64,000 nt of DNA from Pachysolen tannophilus NRRL Y-2460 (taxonomy: Eukaryota), in contig KV454011.1 in the NCBI GenBank assembly GCA_001661245.1, positions 585,498 through 649,497 of the forward strand. The letters run 5' to 3'. A program made the position numbers and the translations under genes. Of this stretch, positions 21,702 through 36,102 are shown one piece after another. The number at the start of each line of letters is the position of its first letter. The first letter of the stretch is position 1. The notes below the pieces were generated by a model. It was not told the DNA's origin and ran no database searches. It saw only the letters and a list, made by a program, of their open reading frames with translations.

Positions 21702-24700
21702 ATGAGCGGTAATAATTATAATTATAATAATAATAATAATAATAATAATAGTAATAGTAATAATTTAGCGCTGTCGTATACGAACAATTCATCGTCTTCA
21801 TCAACAGCAAATACACCTCCATCGTCCAATAAAGGCTTTAAGAGAAGACAACAAAAGAAAGTGTCAAGAAAAGATCAAGGACCTATTCCTGCTTCGTTAA
21901 CTGTGAATGGAACAACGCCATCGGGGAAACCAAGGTTATATGTCTGTAGTTCATGTACAAGGGCATTTGCAAGACAAGAACATTTGAAAAGACATGAAAG
22001 ATCGCATACCCAAGAAAAACCATTTGTTTGTGGTGTATGTGAAAGGGCTTTCTCTAGAAGAGATTTATTATTAAGACATGCACAAAAATTACATGCTGGA
22101 TGTGCAGATGCTATAACAAGATTAAGAAAAAAGAGTGTTAGAAAGAAAAGTACTGCTTCAACAAGTTCAAGTATAAATGACCTGAAAATTACAATTACAA
22201 ATACAATTTCTAATGAAATTAATGATGGATCAAATACTGAGTCATTATTTCCTCAAAATGATATGCAAAATTTAATTCATCATCAACATCAACAACAAAA
22301 TGGAGATTTAAATGATAAACATCTTCAAGATGGTCATCAAATTCATCATCCTGTGAAAAGAAGAGCTTCATTTTCAGCAGTTAGTTCTGCAAATTATGCA
22401 ATGCCAATCCCGGATATCTCATACGCCGAGAATGTTGAGTTTGGTACTCCAGATTTAGTTCCTTCAGAACCAGCATGGCTTAAAAATATAGATTTGAATT
22501 CAATACCAGAATTTGATTTACTAAATTTTGGACACAATATTGGAGGAATAGAAGGACCAGGTAATGGAGGAGTAGTTGCCATGAATAAATTTGATCAACT
22601 TGGTGGTGGTAATAGTGGTAATAATAGTGGTAATAATTATAATACCGATTCAACTTCTATTAAACCCTTGGGTATACAACTATTATCTCAACGCCCTTCT
22701 TCAAATAGTATTCATACTATTAATAATAATGGTACGCTAAAAAATGGTAAAAAAAATAACAGTATTAATAGTATTAGCAATAGTAACAGCAATAATAATG
22801 AATCTAATAATAATAATACTCATAGTAATTTAGAAGGATATTCATTTTATCAAGACGCTGATGGACCACCAGTAGTTGAATCATTATTCAGTAGTAATAA
22901 TAATTATTTTAAAAAAAATTATACTTTAAACAAGAATAACCTGGTGAATAAATTAAGAAATGATTTTTCACCATCTTTTGCTCCAGTTAATAATAATCAA
23001 AATATTAAAAATAGAAGTACTTCAAATGTGGATATACAAACTAAAGATACCATTGATAGAAATTTTAATGAAATTGAAGAATTAACTGATTTAAATATAC
23101 CAAAGATGTATGACGATCCAGCAGGCTACTCATTTTATGGTAATGCGGATCAGATGCAAATCAATTCAAGTTCTGCATCTGCAAGGTCTTCATCAAATGC
23201 AACCATTTCTCCAATATTACTAGACAGCAATAATAATAGTAATATTAATAACAAATCATCTCCTCCACAAAGAGTCTTAATTCAAACTGCAAATACTTTC
23301 TCTTCAATGCTCAATTTGGAAAAATATTCAAGAGTAATGTTATTTTCACCAATATTAAGGTCCCATATTAACCATACTTTAAATAACTATCCTTTTGTCG
23401 GTGTTAAAATTCCAACATTACCGTCAAATGAAAAATTGAACATTTACACAAAAAATTTCATGGAAAGATTCTTGAATCATTACCCCTTTATTCATAAAGA
23501 AATGTTAAATGAATATTCATTGATGAGATCTACTTTGGATGAAGTAAATCGTGATTTCAAAAACGGTGACGGTAATAATAATCAGAATCATAATGATAAT
23601 TGTAATTACAATGTTAACAACGGTACAAGTCCTAGAATGAGTCAAGTAGAATTAGATAATTTGAGAGCCTCCATAACTTGTCTTCCACTATTAGTTGCAA
23701 CCATTGGTGCATTGGTGTCAAATGAAAAACTGGATGCAAATAGTTTATATGAAGTTTCAAGACGCTGTATTCATGTATATCTTGATACAAGGAAAAAGAA
23801 ATCTTCTGAATTAAATCCAACGACAACAGGTATTGGTAATAACGATGCTAGTCCCTTGTGGTTAGTGCAGTCTTTATCACTTTCTGTCATTTATGGCTTG
23901 TTTGCTGATGATGAAATAAGTATAAATGTTGTTATTAGACAGATTAATGCTCTAACTGCATTAATCAAATCGTCTTCAATGACTAAGATACAATGGGATT
24001 ACTCATCAATTTTGAGTGGATTGAATTCAGAAAATAACGAAGAATATTATTACAGTTTCATCAAATATGAATCTGCTGTCAGAACAGTTCATACAGTGTT
24101 CCATGTTGTGGTGTTGTTATCATCTTTGTACAACATCGCGCCATCATTGAAAATTGAAGATATGCAATTGGATCTTCCAAATACAAGTGTCTTGTGGAAT
24201 ACAGGTAATTTTGGAGAATTTAGAAGTTTCTATAATGGTTTTGCATTTAAACCTGAAAATTTCCAATCTTGTTTAAAAAGATTGGTTAATTTGAACTTGC
24301 AAAAAGTTGAGCTTAATGAACCAGAAGATGGCTTAAATGAAGTTGGTGGGTTTTTCTTCAAACATCATGTCAGTGACTATGGATTAATTTGTTTACAAAA
24401 TGGGTTGCACCAGATGTTCTATTACCAAAAATTATATGGAACTAATGGTAGTCAAAATATCACTAGACAGAATAGTATGAACAATACCTTTGGAGAACCG
24501 GATAATAATAATTCATACTCTGCCTTAGAGGATAATTTCATCAACATAGCAAAATGTTGGAACCTAATGGTGGATCAATGTCAATTGTATTCGAGTGATA
24601 AGGAAATTATCATTGACTCAAAAGTTATGAATTATCATTTATTGTTAAAGAATTCTCTATTTGAAATCAATACTAAATTTAAAAACAACAAGACTTTTGA

Positions 24701-25772
24701 ATTAAGGTTGCACAAGTTGAAAGAACGTGTTTGGCTTAAAGATTGGCATAAAATGTCAGAAATTTTCGTAGAAGATAATAATGACAATACTAATGATTTC
24801 TTGTTTGGATTTAGTAATGATAACGAGAAATCTCAGGAAGACGATAGTGAGTTGGATGATATGATTACTGAAATGGTACAGTATTGCATATTAATTTTGA
24901 AAGAGATATTTTTCAGGAATAACCTTCCGACTAGGCAGGAGCATGAGAATATAAATTTTCCTGCATATTTACAGAACAACAGACAAATATTGAGAAATGA
25001 AATTGAAACATTGCTTTCTTCGTTGGAAACAAATTTGTCTTCTGCATCAGTTGATGATTTGATTTGCAACCATTTGTTGTTGATAAAATTAGCTTCATTA
25101 AACTACCAGATATTATTTGATGTTTGCATAGTTATTTCCAAATTTATCAGAAACTTTGAGAAAAAATATTACTATGATAATTTGAAGGCTTTAAGATATT
25201 CTCATTCACCTGGTGTTCATAATGATTTGATATCTAAGACTGAAAATGGTGTCAACAAAAATGTGATTCCAATCAATGAAAAATTGTTCAGCGTTTATAA
25301 ACAACTATTCAAGATTATCGTTATATTTGAAAACTATCTTCGTTTGAAATACGATTATGATAATAATAAGGAAGACGATGATAATTTTAATTTTTCAAAT
25401 TTAAACTTGAATGGTGATAGTGTTAAGGAAGCACAAAAGCTAAATTTGCAGCAGCATCATAATCAAATGAATTTTTTGTTCAAACATGATAATGATAATA
25501 ATGATATGTTTACTGGATTTACTTATGATCAAAGCAATCCTCCAATTTTAACGAGTAATAGAAATATCAATACCAGTCCCGATGAATTGTTAGCTCAGAA
25601 TAGAAGTTTTGAATTGTTGAAAAATTTAATCAGTTGCAAAAAGATTAACAACTTTTTAATAATATTCAAGTTTATTTTTAAGTTTATTTTTTATGAAAAC
25701 TTGAATTATAAGATATCATGTTTTAAGAACTTAAATAATGGCTTGGACTACTTGAATAAATCTCTAGCTTGA
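21702..25772 (+). CDS. ADR1: C2H2 zinc-finger carbon-source regulator Adr1/Mxr1
   Basis: [51 protein letters not shown] zinc fingers, RRASFSA regulatory phospho-motif, fungal TF middle domain. Confidence 0.9.
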   Translation: MSGNNYNYNNNNNNNNSNSNNLALSYTNNSSSSSTANTPPSSNKGFKRRQQKKVSRKDQGPIPASLTVNGTTPSGKPRLYVCSSCTRAFARQEHLKRHERSHTQEKPFVCGVCERAFSRRDLLLRHAQKLHAGCADAITRLRKKSVRKKSTASTSSSINDLKITITNTISNEINDGSNTESLFPQNDMQNLIHHQHQQQNGDLNDKHLQDGHQIHHPVKRRASFSAVSSANYAMPIPDISYAENVEFGTPDLVPSEPAWLKNIDLNSIPEFDLLNFGHNIGGIEGPGNGGVVAMNKFDQLGGGNSGNNSGNNYNTDSTSIKPLGIQLLSQRPSSNSIHTINNNGTLKNGKKNNSINSISNSNSNNNESNNNNTHSNLEGYSFYQDADGPPVVESLFSSNNNYFKKNYTLNKNNLVNKLRNDFSPSFAPVNNNQNIKNRSTSNVDIQTKDTIDRNFNEIEELTDLNIPKMYDDPAGYSFYGNADQMQINSSSASARSSSNATISPILLDSNNNSNINNKSSPPQRVLIQTANTFSSMLNLEKYSRVMLFSPILRSHINHTLNNYPFVGVKIPTLPSNEKLNIYTKNFMERFLNHYPFIHKEMLNEYSLMRSTLDEVNRDFKNGDGNNNQNHNDNCNYNVNNGTSPRMSQVELDNLRASITCLPLLVATIGALVSNEKLDANSLYEVSRRCIHVYLDTRKKKSSELNPTTTGIGNNDASPLWLVQSLSLSVIYGLFADDEISINVVIRQINALTALIKSSSMTKIQWDYSSILSGLNSENNEEYYYSFIKYESAVRTVHTVFHVVVLLSSLYNIAPSLKIEDMQLDLPNTSVLWNTGNFGEFRSFYNGFAFKPENFQSCLKRLVNLNLQKVELNEPEDGLNEVGGFFFKHHVSDYGLICLQNGLHQMFYYQKLYGTNGSQNITRQNSMNNTFGEPDNNNSYSALEDNFINIAKCWNLMVDQCQLYSSDKEIIIDSKVMNYHLLLKNSLFEINTKFKNNKTFELRLHKLKERVWLKDWHKMSEIFVEDNNDNTNDFLFGFSNDNEKSQEDDSELDDMITEMVQYCILILKEIFFRNNLPTRQEHENINFPAYLQNNRQILRNEIETLLSSLETNLSSASVDDLICNHLLLIKLASLNYQILFDVCIVISKFIRNFEKKYYYDNLKALRYSHSPGVHNDLISKTENGVNKNVIPINEKLFSVYKQLFKIIVIFENYLRLKYDYDNNKEDDDNFNFSNLNLNGDSVKEAQKLNLQQHHNQMNFLFKHDNDNNDMFTGFTYDQSNPPILTSNRNINTSPDELLAQNRSFELLKNLISCKKINNFLIIFKFIFKFIFYENLNYKISCFKNLNNGLDYLNKSLA

Positions 25773-26349
25773 GAAAGAAATATAGGGAAAAAAGTACGAA
25801 ATTAGAAATGTTTATGTTTTTTTTTTTATTTTTTTTAATTTTTATTTTTATTTTTTATTGAATTTTAAAATTACTCATGAAGTGATCTGTTGAAGAACTT
25901 TTTCAGATTGAGTTCTTTTTTTAAAGAAGTTTTTTTTATTTATTGGCTTTATATAACAACAATAATGATAATGATTTGATGATTATGTTAATTGTTTGAG
26001 GGATTTGTAAAATCAAGGGAAGATTTTCATATCTTTATAAAGAAGTCTTACAAAATTTAAGTTAAGAAAGTAGAAACTGTAATGAATCAGTATTAATAAA
26101 TATAACAAAAAATTTAAAGAAAAAAAAACTAAACACTTAAAGCCAAAACTACTATAATAATTATCATTATTATTATGGATTTTCTGACTTTTTTTTTTTT
26201 TCCTTCTTCTTCTTCTTTATTGAGTTGGTTAATTTTAAATTTTTTTTCCAGTTTTAACATTACTTACTTTCCTTTCATTCGACTAATAAATACATCACAA
26301 TAATTCTAATAATTTTAATTCAACTCTTATTCTATCATTTAGCTTAAAT

Positions 26350-28017
<1,668 letters not shown>

Positions 28018-28035
28018 TTATATAATGATTAATTA

Positions 28036-28217
28036 TATACGAAAACGACAAATATATTTTAAAAGAAAGAATAATGTCAAAGGTATTAATATTATATTAT
28101 TACAATTTACTAGGTTTTTCTTGATGTTTTTTTTTTAATAAAAAAATAAAAAAATCTTTTTTTTCGTATACGAAATTTTTCAAGTTTCTTTTAATACAAA
28201 ATTAATACTTTAAACGA
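28036..28217. promoter_or_regulatory. Sterol response elements (Upc2/Ecm22-type) in the ERG11 promoter
   Basis: TATACGA 28036-28042, palindrome TTTCGTATACGAAA 28162-28175, TAAACGA 28211-28217 (TCGTATA/TCGTTTA cores). Confidence 0.75.
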
Positions 28218-29311
28218 GAAATTGAAAAAAAATTGGAATTAACAACCAATTAAAGATGATAAGTTGGTCAAGAAATGTAATTGAAAAATATTAAAAAAAG
28301 GATATTTTAATCAAGATTCAAAATTCTAATAATTTTTGGTAATTTTTATAAAAAAGAAAGTCATTCCACTCTGTAAAAGTACATTAAATAAAAAGTATAT
28401 AGGCAAGTCTCAGCTGGTTACGCGTATAGAAGAAATGAAAAATATTGTGTAGAATCAATCTGCTGAGCCCTTTAACAAATCTTGCTCTATGGGATGTTTT
28501 TTTTTTATTATTATTTTTTTTTTTATTTTTTTCACTTTTTTTTTTTCTATTTAATTTGCAAAAAAAAAAATATACTTGCTTAAACATTTAATTTTATTGT
28601 CTTTTACAATTAAAATAGAATAAAATTTTAGCCTTACTTAACTTGATTAAATTAGTTTTTAACAATCTTTATTGTTTAACTTGAACGATTGCTATGTATT
28701 TTTAATTCAGATTTTCGTAAGGCTGTGATGGTACCAGCCACATACCCTCATTCCTACATACTTTTTTAAGAAAAAAATTTTTTTTTTTTTTTAAACATTT
28801 TTTTTACTTTCCTATTAGAGTAATTGAAATTAATCTAAATAGCCCAGTAGAGTACAAATACAGTACAAAGTGGCTAGAGGGAGAGGGTTCCACAATAAAA
28901 TTTAGTTAATAAATAAATTTTTACATTTTAATTCACTCACTCACTAACAAACTATCTTAAATATATATAATAAATTAATGAATAAAAAGTGTCTATGCAT
29001 AATGTGAAAATAATACTAAAAACAAGTTAAATAATAAAGATCTTTGAAGGAAAATATGTAAAATAGTTAATAAATATTGTGCAAAAAAAAAAAAAAAATA
29101 ATTGCTAAATGATTGCTAAATTTTATGAATTAAATAAAAATAAAAATAAAAAAAAAAAAAAAAAAAAAAAAGGAAAATTAAACTGAAATAACCCAAACCT
29201 AATTAAACTGAACTAAACTCATAAGATAGAAAAATATAAAAATAGATAGAAAGATTAAAAAAAGAAAAAGCAAAAAAAAAGTTTTTTTACTTTTTCTTTT
29301 TATGTTGTTGC

Positions 29312-31129
29312 TTAAACAATAAATGAAGGTTTTTCATTTGCTGGTGTAGCAGCAATTGTTTCCAACCTATTTACATGACTTTGACCCTCTTGTGAACCAG
29401 GAGCAACATCAATAGCACCACTATTCCATTCTTCTAATTCCTTTTTATGTTCCCTTTCAATAGCATATTTTACCAGCTCCAATACATTTTCACAAATATG
29501 TTTTGGTTTATATTTGGGTATAGCACCATCTTTATAAACACCAGTTTTAACCAAGATAGAATGCCATGATTCATCATGAGAATTTGCAAATCTAATATCT
29601 GATTCAGGAGTATCACCAACAAAATAAACTGTTGAAGCAGGAGGTAAATCCAAAGTTAATTGTGATAATTTTTGAACTGTTAATGCTTCATCACCATCTT
29701 CATCTTCTGATTCAGAATCAGAAGCTCCAAATACTGGTCTATTTTTAGGATCTATTTCTAATTCTTCTTCTTCATTTTCTGGAGTTAATTTTTCAACATG
29801 ATCTTCCAAGACATCTTTTCTCCACAGACTTAAAACTTTATTTGCATACTTAAAAGTACCTCTTTGTGGTTTACCAAATCTAGTAACAACTAATTCTTTA
29901 CCTGTATGTTCTCTATATAATGCAGCAATAGATACTTGTAAAGCTCCCATACCATATCTTGAAAGTTTATAATTTGTAGCCCAAACAAAATCAGAATGAG
30001 CAAAATATAAACCTGGACCTTCATCAAAAGTTTCAGAACGTGTACCCATAACACCTTTTTTACTTAATAATAAATCCAAAATAATTTGTTGATCAGTTGC
30101 CCAATCTCTTGAATCTGCAAAAACTAATATAGCATCAATTGAAATTTTACTAAAATCAACATCTTTTCTAACAACTTTTTTCTCTTCTTCAGTTAAAGTA
30201 TGATATGGAGCAACACTTGGATTCCAATACATAATATCCAAAGGTATATAAACATTTTTAAAACCATAGTCAATGGCTACTTTTCTACAAGCATCACCAA
30301 CACCACCAACAACAAGAACATTCTTGTAAACATCAATTAAATCTTTCATTGGTGTATGACCTTGAATAATCTGCTCAGGAGTAACTTCAATACCTAATCT
30401 TTGAGACAAATCTTTAGCTCTAGCTTCTTCTGGTCTACCACCACCATTTGTAACAAAAATATATGGTACTTTAATGTTATATTTATTTTGACCATTTAAC
30501 ATTTTCAAAGCTTCTTTAGCTTCAGGAATTGTGTCCGGTCCACGAACAATAACACCATCAATATCAAATGCAAAAGCATACGAAGCAACTCTTTCATGGT
30601 CAATTATATTTTTTTTAAATCTCATCGATAATGAAGGTCTTCTAGAAGATCTATTACTACTACCAGCACCAAAGGAAACTCTTGATCCACTATTCTTTAA
30701 ATTAGTCGATGAAGATTTTGTAGAATTCATACCTGAAAGCAGCACAGAAGAATTCCATTGATCAGATAATGATAAATTCGAAACTTGCTTTTTCCTCAGT
30801 AATGGTTGTAAACTATCAATTCCATCGTTATTCAAATAAGAATAACCAGGTTGAGAAGGATCTATCACAGGCGTCGACTTATTTGTATTACCTTCACCAA
30901 CATCATTACTCGAGGAAGAATGCACAGTTTTTTTCTCCTCTTCTTTCTCCTTCTTCTCAATTTTAGAATCACCAACTTTATCACTAGTATTAATCGGCGG
31001 CTCTTTTGAAAACATATTAGTCGGGTTATTTGTATTAACAGTACCCGTAGTACCCGTAGCACCTGAACCACCCACGGCGCTTGAAACACCGGCACTATTC
31101 TTTGTAGTTATATCTGATTTACCTGACAT
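29312..31129 (-). CDS. HAD-superfamily IIA hydrolase, CECR5/HDHD5 (YKR070W-like) family
   Basis: FAFDIDGV, FVTNGGG, FGKP, FVGDTPESDI, SILVKTGVY motifs; long disordered N-terminal extension. Confidence 0.9.
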   Translation of the reverse strand: MSGKSDITTKNSAGVSSAVGGSGATGTTGTVNTNNPTNMFSKEPPINTSDKVGDSKIEKKEKEEEKKTVHSSSSNDVGEGNTNKSTPVIDPSQPGYSYLNNDGIDSLQPLLRKKQVSNLSLSDQWNSSVLLSGMNSTKSSSTNLKNSGSRVSFGAGSSNRSSRRPSLSMRFKKNIIDHERVASYAFAFDIDGVIVRGPDTIPEAKEALKMLNGQNKYNIKVPYIFVTNGGGRPEEARAKDLSQRLGIEVTPEQIIQGHTPMKDLIDVYKNVLVVGGVGDACRKVAIDYGFKNVYIPLDIMYWNPSVAPYHTLTEEEKKVVRKDVDFSKISIDAILVFADSRDWATDQQIILDLLLSKKGVMGTRSETFDEGPGLYFAHSDFVWATNYKLSRYGMGALQVSIAALYREHTGKELVVTRFGKPQRGTFKYANKVLSLWRKDVLEDHVEKLTPENEEEELEIDPKNRPVFGASDSESEDEDGDEALTVQKLSQLTLDLPPASTVYFVGDTPESDIRFANSHDESWHSILVKTGVYKDGAIPKYKPKHICENVLELVKYAIEREHKKELEEWNSGAIDVAPGSQEGQSHVNRLETIAATPANEKPSFIV

Positions 31130-31500
31130 TTTTGTGTATATTAAATATTTTTTTATAAATTATTGTTTTTTTGTATTATACTCTTATCCTAATTAAAAGA
31201 TTATCAGCAGAGCGAAATCGACCCTACTTTTATATGGTTTCTGAACGCACATAAATAAAATAATTATTTTTTGATACGGAATGCACTAGCGAAAAATTTA
31301 GAGCCAAAAAGAATTTATTATGATGACGTAGGCATCCCACGGAAATGTTTACATCATCAATTACATAATACATACAGTATACATAATATAATATATTATA
31401 TTATATTATAATATATGACCCAGCATCCACGACTTTGTACTGGGACGCCCCTCTTTGGTCACGCGCTTTTTGCTGCAAGGGAAATGACAAGAAAATTTCT

Positions 31501-31544
31501 GGGCTTTTCCAGGGCTTTTCCAGGGCTTTTCTTGGGCTTTTCCA
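31501..31544. repeat. Four tandem 11-bp units GGGCTTTTCCA
   Basis: Copies start at 31501, 31512, 31523 (variant ...CTT) and 31534. Confidence 0.95.
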
Positions 31545-31595
31545 CCGCCCAACTTTTGCCCGGGGATCTGCCTGAGAGAGCTTCTGGAGAGCTGC

Positions 31596-34031
31596 TTACA
31601 TCTGTTCTATGGCGAAATCTAGGAGGTAACTCTGCTCAATCAAATCATCAATTCTGGTGGTATGGCGCTCGCTATACGGGATGATAGCATCTATGATACC
31701 CATTATCTTCGGGATGCTAATTAGCCTTTCACTTCTGAAGCTGATCAATAAGAATCTAATCAATTTTTGAGAAACGTTGAAAAATTTTGAATTAATGTTC
31801 CAGTCTCTAATTCTTTGGAAAAGTTTTAAGATTTGTTCATCGTTTAATGTTAAGATAGTTTTTTCCAATTCTTTAGAACCTAACGTTGATTCTTGGTCAA
31901 TATTGGACTCTATTGCAGATTTCAACACATTATAAAGTCGCATAGGATGATCCAATGTAAGCGCCAATAGGAATGCATTAGCAAAGTCATTTTCTCTCAT
32001 GTAGTTTTGTAACGATTGGTCTTGTTCTACTTTGAGTTTCGACAGCGCTTCCTGCTCTTGTAACTTTTCAGCTGTGTTGTCTTCCCAAATGGAAATTTTC
32101 CCGTCGGCATCTGCAGTGATAAACTCTTGGCCATCTGCTTTAACACATAAAGACCAAATTCTGTTGTCATGGTTGTCTAAAGTTTCAAGGCACGTGTTGG
32201 ATTTGATATCCCAAATCTTGATTAAACCTTCTGCACCAACACTCAAAAGCTGTTGATTCCTGTTGATAAAGGAAACTCTTTGTACAGAGTTTGTATGTCC
32301 TTCGAATGTCTTTGCACATGTGAAATCTTGAATTGACCATAATTTTAAAGTCTTATCACCAGACCCAGTAACAACAAGCCTATCAAACAGACAAAATTTG
32401 ATATCCCAAAGTCCACGCCTATGTCCTTTCAAGATCCCTACAACTTCACCAGAATCCAAATCCCAAATCTTACCCAATTTGTCATAACTACAAGTGGCCA
32501 AAAAATCGTTATTTGGAGATATATCCAACGAATTAATATCCTTTTCATGTGCTCTTCTTGTATATTCCGATGTCTTTACAACAATTGGAATCTTACCTGA
32601 CTTTATGTAATCAGCTAAATTAGGGATCTTCCATTTTTTTATAGTCAAATCCAGAGATGCAGTGATCAAGAAATTCGGCTGTGAAGTAACATTATTTCTA
32701 GGTAACCCACAACAAGTAACGGAACCAGCATGTCCAATAAAACGAGCAAAAATTTCAAATTTGGAATCTTCCAAATTGTATCTCCATAAGATGGCTTCAT
32801 TATCCTTACTACTTGTAGCCAACCATAAACCATCAGAAGTTGAATCTAAAGAATTCAACAAATCTTTATGACCTTCATAAAGGTCAACTTCCAATGGCTT
32901 ATTTAAAGGGTCAATTATTCTAAGTGATGGAGAATTTGTCGCAAGTGCCAACAACTTTGAATCAGGTCCAACAAATCTCATATCTGCTATTGTACCATGG
33001 TTCCCTGCAATCCTCCCACTGATTGGAATTATATTTAATTTCCCATCTTCCAAATATACATCGTTTAAATTTAGTTCACATAAGGTCTGGTCAGATAATA
33101 CCAATACCAATTTCAATTTCGATAATGCTGAATCCTCATTATCCTGTTCTTCTAATACTTGAATAACGTTAATGATTAATAATTCTTCCACAGTTTCTAA
33201 AGGTTTTGGTGAAGTGGCTACCAATTGACCATTTTCCAAATCCCAGATTTTCAATAAACAATCACCACCAGCAGTATAGAAAAACTCTCTGTCATTTATC
33301 TTGACAAAATTAGAATTCTCAATTTGATGCTTGGCAGATATACTCTTGATAACTTTGAAATTATTATTTTTACCTCCACATTTAAACAAATTTGAAATAT
33401 TATCTCTACCACCAGTTATTAAATATTCTCCAGTGGCATTGAAATTAACACCACGTACCGCAGCAGTATGTTCACTACTAATGACTTTTTCACATTTTCT
33501 TTTCACTAAGTCCCAAATCCTTACAGATCCCATTACATCACCACTAGCTAATTTCCAATTGGTAGTATTCAACTCTCCGTAGAAAGAAATGGCCGAAATG
33601 GTAGTTCCATGTCCTTTCAAAGAATGTGTCACATATCCACTCTCAATATCCCACACAGTTATAGAACCATCAGAGCCACCAAATGCAAATAAAGTGGAAG
33701 TAGGATCACAAGCTGATATATAAACTGGTGATGATAATTTAAAACTTTTCTTAAAAAGTCTTTCAGAAATATCAAATATACGTAATTGTTGAGATTGAGA
33801 AACTATTGCTAAATATCTCCCATCTGAAGATAACTGCAAACACGTAACCAATTCCCCATCACCTTCTAAATTATGTATTATTGTATTCGTCTTCGTATTG
33901 GTTATAACAATATCCTCCATAAGAGGAGTAGCCAATATTGAACCATCTCTCGATAGCGTTGCAGAACAACTTCCAACATAAAACGGTACTATATCAGTAC
34001 TCTTAAACGTGGTCTTCAAGGCAGAGCTCAT
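31596..34031 (-). CDS. UTP13: U3 snoRNP/UTP-B WD40 protein Utp13
   Basis: Multiple WD repeats (HSLKGHG, RAHEKDINSL, KGHRRGLWD, EGHTNSVQR) and Utp13 C-terminal domain (AFLLALTLDHPMRL, RDWN); first ATG 34031. Confidence 0.95.
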   Translation of the reverse strand: MSSALKTTFKSTDIVPFYVGSCSATLSRDGSILATPLMEDIVITNTKTNTIIHNLEGDGELVTCLQLSSDGRYLAIVSQSQQLRIFDISERLFKKSFKLSSPVYISACDPTSTLFAFGGSDGSITVWDIESGYVTHSLKGHGTTISAISFYGELNTTNWKLASGDVMGSVRIWDLVKRKCEKVISSEHTAAVRGVNFNATGEYLITGGRDNISNLFKCGGKNNNFKVIKSISAKHQIENSNFVKINDREFFYTAGGDCLLKIWDLENGQLVATSPKPLETVEELLIINVIQVLEEQDNEDSALSKLKLVLVLSDQTLCELNLNDVYLEDGKLNIIPISGRIAGNHGTIADMRFVGPDSKLLALATNSPSLRIIDPLNKPLEVDLYEGHKDLLNSLDSTSDGLWLATSSKDNEAILWRYNLEDSKFEIFARFIGHAGSVTCCGLPRNNVTSQPNFLITASLDLTIKKWKIPNLADYIKSGKIPIVVKTSEYTRRAHEKDINSLDISPNNDFLATCSYDKLGKIWDLDSGEVVGILKGHRRGLWDIKFCLFDRLVVTGSGDKTLKLWSIQDFTCAKTFEGHTNSVQRVSFINRNQQLLSVGAEGLIKIWDIKSNTCLETLDNHDNRIWSLCVKADGQEFITADADGKISIWEDNTAEKLQEQEALSKLKVEQDQSLQNYMRENDFANAFLLALTLDHPMRLYNVLKSAIESNIDQESTLGSKELEKTILTLNDEQILKLFQRIRDWNINSKFFNVSQKLIRFLLISFRSERLISIPKIMGIIDAIIPYSERHTTRIDDLIEQSYLLDFAIEQM

Positions 34032-34125
34032 TATATCCAACCTTTACCTTTAATATCTTTTAATTTTTTTTTTAAAAAAAAGAATATATTCTATAGTTTC
34101 TTCTGTCTATCTATTATTTAATACC

Positions 34126-34187
34126 TGAAAAATTTTTTTTTTTATTTTTTTTTAATTTTTTTCATTTACAAATTTTCAACTCATCGC
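34126..34187. promoter_or_regulatory. RRPE and PAC ribosome-biogenesis elements of UTP13
   Basis: TGAAAAATTTT at 34126-34136, second AAATTTTCA near 34170-34178, CTCATCGC (GCGATGAG) at 34180-34187. Confidence 0.85.
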
Positions 34188-34344
34188 TGCTTACATAATT
34201 TCATATAAAATATAATATATTTAAAAAACGACGACAACAACGATTAGCTATAACCAACAACGAATATATATATGTGTATATAGATATATAGGTATGTACA
34301 AGATCAAATACTGATTTCTATTAGCTATGAATAATGGTTGGTTT

Positions 34345-36102
34345 TTAACCAGCAAGAATGTCTTGGTTCTTGTCGATTTCAACTCCAAAACTATTGGCAA
34401 CATAAACTAATTGGTCTTCTAAAATATCCTCTGAACCTTTACTATTCTTATCGTTAAATATTCTATTCATGATAATTTGCTTCAGTTTAATGATATAAAA
34501 AATCAAACTTGAGATTTGTAGTACCACATGAACAACTAAATAATTGTACAGCCTTCTTAACAAAGTTATTCTAGTACTTTTATTACCTAGTGGGCCTTCA
34601 TTTAAGGCAATAAAGTTTTTAATTGCTTCATTACCCAATATGTTGATTCTGTTACATGGAGATCCAAATTTTTGGTTTAAAGCTTGCATCATTCTCATAG
34701 TTTTACCTAAAAAGATTAAACTCAAGGGAAATTTATCTGTATTTTCGAAAAAATTTAAAAATCGATTTTTTATGATATTATTTCTTTCAAATTCAGAGAG
34801 ATCATGTTCTTTTTCACTTGTTATCTCTTCAAAATTGTCGGATCTAAATCTCTTCATCATAACCATAGAAGAAAATAAATCTGGAGAACCAATACCCCAA
34901 CTTGAAACAATTCGTTTAACTTCTTCCATATCAAATTCGATTAAAGATTTCCATAATAAGCAATAATTTTTCCTAAAATTTGTATCTAATTTGATATACA
35001 ATCCATGATCCAAGATAACCAATTGCTGTTTACCATCAACAAATCTTACCAAAAAATTCCCAGGGTGAGGATCACAATGAATAAGACCCCATTTGAAAAT
35101 TTGTTTTGAGTATAAAACTAACATATTTTTCATTATATTTTGAAGACTAAATCCCTTTCTTTCTAATTCATCAGGATGAATCAAAGAAGTACCATCTATA
35201 AATTCACAAACTAAAACTTTCTTTGTAGATATTTCTGGGTGCAGTACAGGAACATACACTTTACCCGCCAAGTCATCATGTTGTAATAAATTTTGCATTT
35301 CCAAACTATTCTTTAATTCATTTTCAAAATTAGTTTCTTCTGAAACTTTTTTAGAAACATAAGCAGTAATAAAATCTAAAGGCATATCAAACAAATAACC
35401 ATAAATCTTCATCATGAATCTATAAGTAAATAAATCAATATTAACTTGTTTTGGAATGGCATCGTGCTGAACTTTAATAGCAACTACTTCACCATTCTTT
35501 AAAACACCCTTGTGAACTTGAGCAATACTAGCACTAGCAAATGGATCTTCATCAATATGAGAAAAAATTGTTTCATAATAATCAGAACCTAATTCTGATT
35601 CTAAAGTTTTATTCACAATAGACCATTCATCTTTTGGTGCATTATCAAACAAAAGATTAAATTTTTGTTGGTAAACTTTTGGAAATAAAGTCAGCTGCAT
35701 AGCAATTGTTTGGCCAAGCTTAATATAAAGCCCTTTGTTTGTCGATAAAAGGTCAAACAATTTGTTTGCATTCGACTGATTCAACAGATCAACATCAGAT
35801 TCTTCAGTAAACCTAAACTTATAATCTATAGCAATTGACAGTAAACACACCACTGTTCTTAACGACCTCCTAAAAGCAGAGTACAAATAATATTTATCAA
35901 TAAGATAACCAACAGTTAAACCACCCAGGGATATGATTAGGAATTTGCCAAACTTACTTATGGATGGCGATTTCTGTTTGCTAAAACCATTAACTCCTGA
36001 TGAGAAAAAATTCACCCTTTGATAAGGTTTTAAAAACACAAATTCATGAGTTAACCTCGAAGGCCTTAACAAAGCTCGATTTAACAAGCCATTCTTAATC
36101 AT
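34345..36102 (-). CDS. ABC1/ADCK atypical kinase, mitochondrial (Mcp2/Cqd2-like)
   Basis: YIKLGQ, ASASIAQVH, VAIKVQH, HCDPHPGN, ILDHGLY motifs; presequence plus TM segment; first ATG 36102. Confidence 0.9.
   Translation of the reverse strand: MIKNGLLNRALLRPSRLTHEFVFLKPYQRVNFFSSGVNGFSKQKSPSISKFGKFLIISLGGLTVGYLIDKYYLYSAFRRSLRTVVCLLSIAIDYKFRFTEESDVDLLNQSNANKLFDLLSTNKGLYIKLGQTIAMQLTLFPKVYQQKFNLLFDNAPKDEWSIVNKTLESELGSDYYETIFSHIDEDPFASASIAQVHKGVLKNGEVVAIKVQHDAIPKQVNIDLFTYRFMMKIYGYLFDMPLDFITAYVSKKVSEETNFENELKNSLEMQNLLQHDDLAGKVYVPVLHPEISTKKVLVCEFIDGTSLIHPDELERKGFSLQNIMKNMLVLYSKQIFKWGLIHCDPHPGNFLVRFVDGKQQLVILDHGLYIKLDTNFRKNYCLLWKSLIEFDMEEVKRIVSSWGIGSPDLFSSMVMMKRFRSDNFEEITSEKEHDLSEFERNNIIKNRFLNFFENTDKFPLSLIFLGKTMRMMQALNQKFGSPCNRINILGNEAIKNFIALNEGPLGNKSTRITLLRRLYNYLVVHVVLQISSLIFYIIKLKQIIMNRIFNDKNSKGSEDILEDQLVYVANSFGVEIDKNQDILAG

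Noticed and set aside
28720..28740. AGGCTGTGATGG resembling the SRP RNA 5' end
   Set aside because: A T-run follows within ~25 nt and there is no S-domain.
31415..31684. 89-aa plus-strand ORF
   Set aside because: Open because of the GC-rich repeat patch; overlaps UTP13 antisense.
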